Part shown: positions 61,083 to 64,000 of the stretch, in pieces
Numbering within the stretch: the first letter of the stretch is position 1
Layout: every line of letters begins with the position of its first letter
Program-made: the position numbers and the translations under genes
The notes under the pieces: model-generated
Database searches by the model: none
What the model was told of the DNA's origin: nothing
What the model saw: only the letters and a program-made list of their open reading frames with translations
Source of the DNA: Candidatus Bathyarchaeota archaeon
GTDB lineage: Archaea; Thermoproteota; Bathyarchaeia; Bathyarchaeales; Bathycorpusculaceae
Direction of reading: 5' to 3'
Length of the DNA stretch: 64,000 nucleotides
NCBI GenBank assembly: GCA_963811105.1
Contig: CAWEPZ010000011.1
Coordinates: 864,001 to 928,000 of the forward strand

Positions 61083-61200
61083 TTGCGCTTTCTAAAAAAT
61101 ATTGCTCAGACGACAACTCAAAACTATCGAGATAGAATGTTTGCCGATTGTTCAAGTTTCTGTTTGGGAAGGAATAACTCCTGAGAATAAGAAGAAAACA
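61083..61200 (+). repeat. Copy of the tautomerase upstream region plus first 20 codons
   Basis: ttgcgc.ttctaa..tcagacg.caactca..agaatgtttgccgattgttcaagtttctgtttgggaagg matches 54334-54453. Confidence 0.9.
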
Positions 61201-61921
61201 TTTCATGTAATGATAAGCAAAGGAAAATGTATTCGGGTTCAATGTCTATGCTTTTAAAACCTTTGCAAAAGTCAATTGATAAGTTAAATGGAAAAATGGC
61301 TTTAGTAATCAGCTTCCTTAAATCTAAAAACTCAGATTTTCCCATTCAGTCTCTCTGGAGAAATCGATGGCATAGTCAATTCAACAGTCAGTTATCTAAC
61401 TGCATAGCTTATAAGCAATACTTGAACAAATTTTGGTCACCAAAGTTTCTTCTTCTTGGGTTCCTCTCCTGAAAGAGGATACTTTTTTGGTCTGCAACTG
61501 GGCTTGCTGCAGTGTTGCTATTTCTTATTCGTACAAGCATGTTCTGAGGCATTGACTACGTAAACGAAATTCCTTTTATTGTTGCGATTGTGATTGCTGT
61601 TTTCGTAATTCCCGTTCCTCTCATGCGCTATAATATTAACCTGACAAGAAGAAAAATTATAGAGGAATTTGGCAGGTTCGCAGAATTATCACCATATCTA
61701 ATTGATTCTTCAAAGAATGGAAAATGAGAAGCTGTTGTTAAAATTGAAATGTAAAATTGGTTATTAGAGATCTTAATTCAGAATAAGCTCTGTTTGTACC
61801 AAGATAACTATTCCAGAAAAAGCTTTACATCCCGTCTTCCCAGACCATCGCGATAGTATAAAAACCAACGACTACATATCGTCACACAGAAGGCATTTAT
61901 ATTGGATACTCTTCTCTCTTA

Positions 61922-62491
61922 ATGGAGACTTTTGACATGATTATTGATAGAGATGAGAGATGGACTTTTGGTCACGCACTTCATCTTGAAGTTGACCCGA
62001 CCCCAACATCAACTTGGGGTTCTTTTATGCGTAATACACTATATTCTAAAATTACATTAAACGGAGGTACGAGTAATTGGGTATTGGCTTCTATACCAAC
62101 TCCAAATGTAACTAAAGGCTGGAAAATCTCTTCTACAATGCTCAGATTTGCTATCAGAGGGACGGGACCGGAATTCGGAATTATTGATAAAATTGGAGTA
62201 CGAGATGGCCCCGAAACTGTTTTCGATACTGAAGTGAATGTAGACAGGCTATGGGGTGGAATTGTAGAATGGAAACTCCTTGTACTAGATTACCCACAAC
62301 CTATGCCATTCAAAAATGGTTTAGGTGTTTCAATACACGTAAACTATCCCGTCAAACCAACTGACCCTTCGTGGCCTTCTTTTCCACCAACAGAATTTCT
62401 CTTTGCCAGCGTTGGATTAGGATTTGTTAAAGAATCGGTCATAGTGCCACCTATAGAAACAGCACCAACTACAGCGACAACTAGTAGATAA
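61922..62491 (+). CDS. Hypothetical beta-rich protein (DUF6623-like)
   Basis: SNWVLASIPTP..MLRF..IDKIGVRDG..GLGVSIHV..FASVG. Confidence 0.6.
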   Translation: METFDMIIDRDERWTFGHALHLEVDPTPTSTWGSFMRNTLYSKITLNGGTSNWVLASIPTPNVTKGWKISSTMLRFAIRGTGPEFGIIDKIGVRDGPETVFDTEVNVDRLWGGIVEWKLLVLDYPQPMPFKNGLGVSIHVNYPVKPTDPSWPSFPPTEFLFASVGLGFVKESVIVPPIETAPTTATTSR

Positions 62492-62923
62492 GATTACTTT
62501 CCTCCCCCTCTTATTTTCTATAAGAACGTCAGGTTTGGGGTAAGGCGCTTGCTAAACCAGCCAAACGAATAGAGAATCACGTTTTCAGCAGTGAGAGTTA
62601 CAAGTGGGACAATTGCAAAACCAGTTTCAAACACATATTTGCTCTCACAACCTATTCTATCTGAAAGGGTTGAAAAGGTTTTTCATATTTCCCCAACGGA
62701 AATCCCCCACTTGTTTGTGACCTTCTGCACCGGACAAAAACGGCTCATAAACTACAGGGGAAATCAATCTTTGGGGTAGTGGATGTCGTTTCTTCAGCTA
62801 AAGTTGCTATAAATCCGGAGCTTTCCGATTCAGCTTTTGAACCTTCAAACTATTTTTTTTCCTTTTCTTATTTTACTTTCTATTTAAATACTAAAAAAAA
62901 GAAAAAAGGATTATTTGTTGTTT

Positions 62924-64000
62924 TTATGGCCGTTTTCTTAATATGAGAACTGTGGCTATTGCGACTGCTATTATCACAGCGATTCCGGTTCCGATGATAG
63001 TCAGTGTGTAGTCAGTTGACGATTGAGCACCAGTGGCTGGGGTTGATGTCGGATTTGCTGTTGCTACTGACACGCTTAATCCCGTTTCTGCGTATGAACC
63101 ATAATATGAGCCGCTTCCGTCAAAGGTAGCGTAAACTGTGTATGTTCCTTGGGTTGTTGGAGTCCATGATGATTTGAATGATCCCGATCCGTCGCTTGTT
63201 GCTGTCCCTATATTTATAGCGTTGCCGTTAGGATCGACTGCGGTTAAGGTTACTGGGACGCCGATGCATTGTGGCGGGGCATTTAGCAACGTAGAGTTTT
63301 GCATATGAAGGTAATCCATCAACTCACTCATGTTTTCATCAGCAACAGCAGGAACTCCGTTCGGGAACTGTACTTGAGAGGCGTAGTCTTGTGAGGCAGG
63401 AGACATATCAATAACTGAACCTTCAATCAATACACTTGATCCTTGTGCAGAAATTTTTGGTGATGCGATTACAGTTGTTTTGGTTGGACCTTTGCCGACG
63501 CAATAGACGTTTCCATCGTACATTCCCAAACCTATGATATAACCATCAGCAGCAGCTTCGGGGAAAACTCCACCGTTTAAGGTATAGGTGATATTTCCTG
63601 TAGTAGCGTTAATACATGTCATCATTGCAAACCTTGGAATAGGGTTGATTTGATATGAAATGGAGTAGCCTGCGTATCCGTAGATATTGCCACCCACCAT
63701 CAGCATGCCAATAACGTAGGGCACTGCATTAGCGGTGTACTCAGTTGAAGGAATAGCCGTATTATGCCAAACTAAGTTTCCCGTTGCCAAACTTAAAGCA
63801 GCCATTGTGCCGTCAGGGAACATAAGATACAAGTTATTGTAATCATTGGTCTCAGAGGTGTAAACGGTCCATGTTGAAGCCCACGGAAAACTTGAGAAGC
63901 TGGGACTTGTCCATAGCAAAGCGCCTGTAGTCATGGAGTAGCATTTGAACGTTGTAGCAGTTGGATCAAAGATGATAAAGTCGTTCACGCCGTATAAACT
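62924..64000 (-). CDS. PQQ-binding-like beta-propeller surface protein, divergent paralog 5; 5' part lies outside the window
   Basis: CYSMTTGALLW, CINATTG, AADGY, GKGPT, IEGSVIDMSPA, YLHMQ, GVPVTLTAVDPNGN, TM plus LRKRP. Confidence 0.88.
   Translation of the reverse strand, partial: SLYGVNDFIIFDPTATTFKCYSMTTGALLWTSPSFSSFPWASTWTVYTSETNDYNNLYLMFPDGTMAALSLATGNLVWHNTAIPSTEYTANAVPYVIGMLMVGGNIYGYAGYSISYQINPIPRFAMMTCINATTGNITYTLNGGVFPEAAADGYIIGLGMYDGNVYCVGKGPTKTTVIASPKISAQGSSVLIEGSVIDMSPASQDYASQVQFPNGVPAVADENMSELMDYLHMQNSTLLNAPPQCIGVPVTLTAVDPNGNAINIGTATSDGSGSFKSSWTPTTQGTYTVYATFDGSGSYYGSYAETGLSVSVATANPTSTPATGAQSSTDYTLTIIGTGIAVIIAVAIATVLILRKRP

Noticed and set aside
53774-61200. Canonical integron cassette array
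   Set aside because: No RYYYAAC...GTTRRRY attC sites were recognised, gene orientations are mixed, and the nearby integrase shows no IntI-specific features.
61210-61727. Membrane-protein-like reading frames
   Set aside because: Interrupted by several stops with no recognisable family; probably an old pseudogene but not supportable.

Overview
Archaeal chromosome segment, most likely Bathyarchaeia. This is inferred from TFB, TATA/SD signals, PEF-CTERM-type sorting signals, a DUF5752 remnant and a multi-copy secreted PQQ-like beta-propeller family. It is a patchwork accessory region. In order it holds: the 3' end of a contractile tail-sheath gene; metabolic and repair genes (site-2 protease, mpg, a divergent hppA, a PPi-type pfk, an MrfAB-like helicase/exonuclease pair, cysteine synthase, cimA-like, tfb, a GT4 plus glgB, and a tusA-iscS-iscU-TRASH-dsrE operon); five paralogs of a membrane-anchored beta-propeller surface protein (four complete at about 820-880 aa), several sharing upstream motifs, 5' hairpins and a 3' element; a decayed integrative element at about 29.1-33.5 kb (ParB-N, truncated ABC ATPase, palindrome cluster, HEPN-like gene, tyrosine integrase); and a toxin-antitoxin cluster at 53.7-61.2 kb interleaved with one intact and three partial copies of a tautomerase gene. 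Many genes carry single frameshifts, which may be decay or assembly indels. No rRNA, convincing tRNA or CRISPR array was seen. Family assignments come from motif recognition by eye, not database searches.
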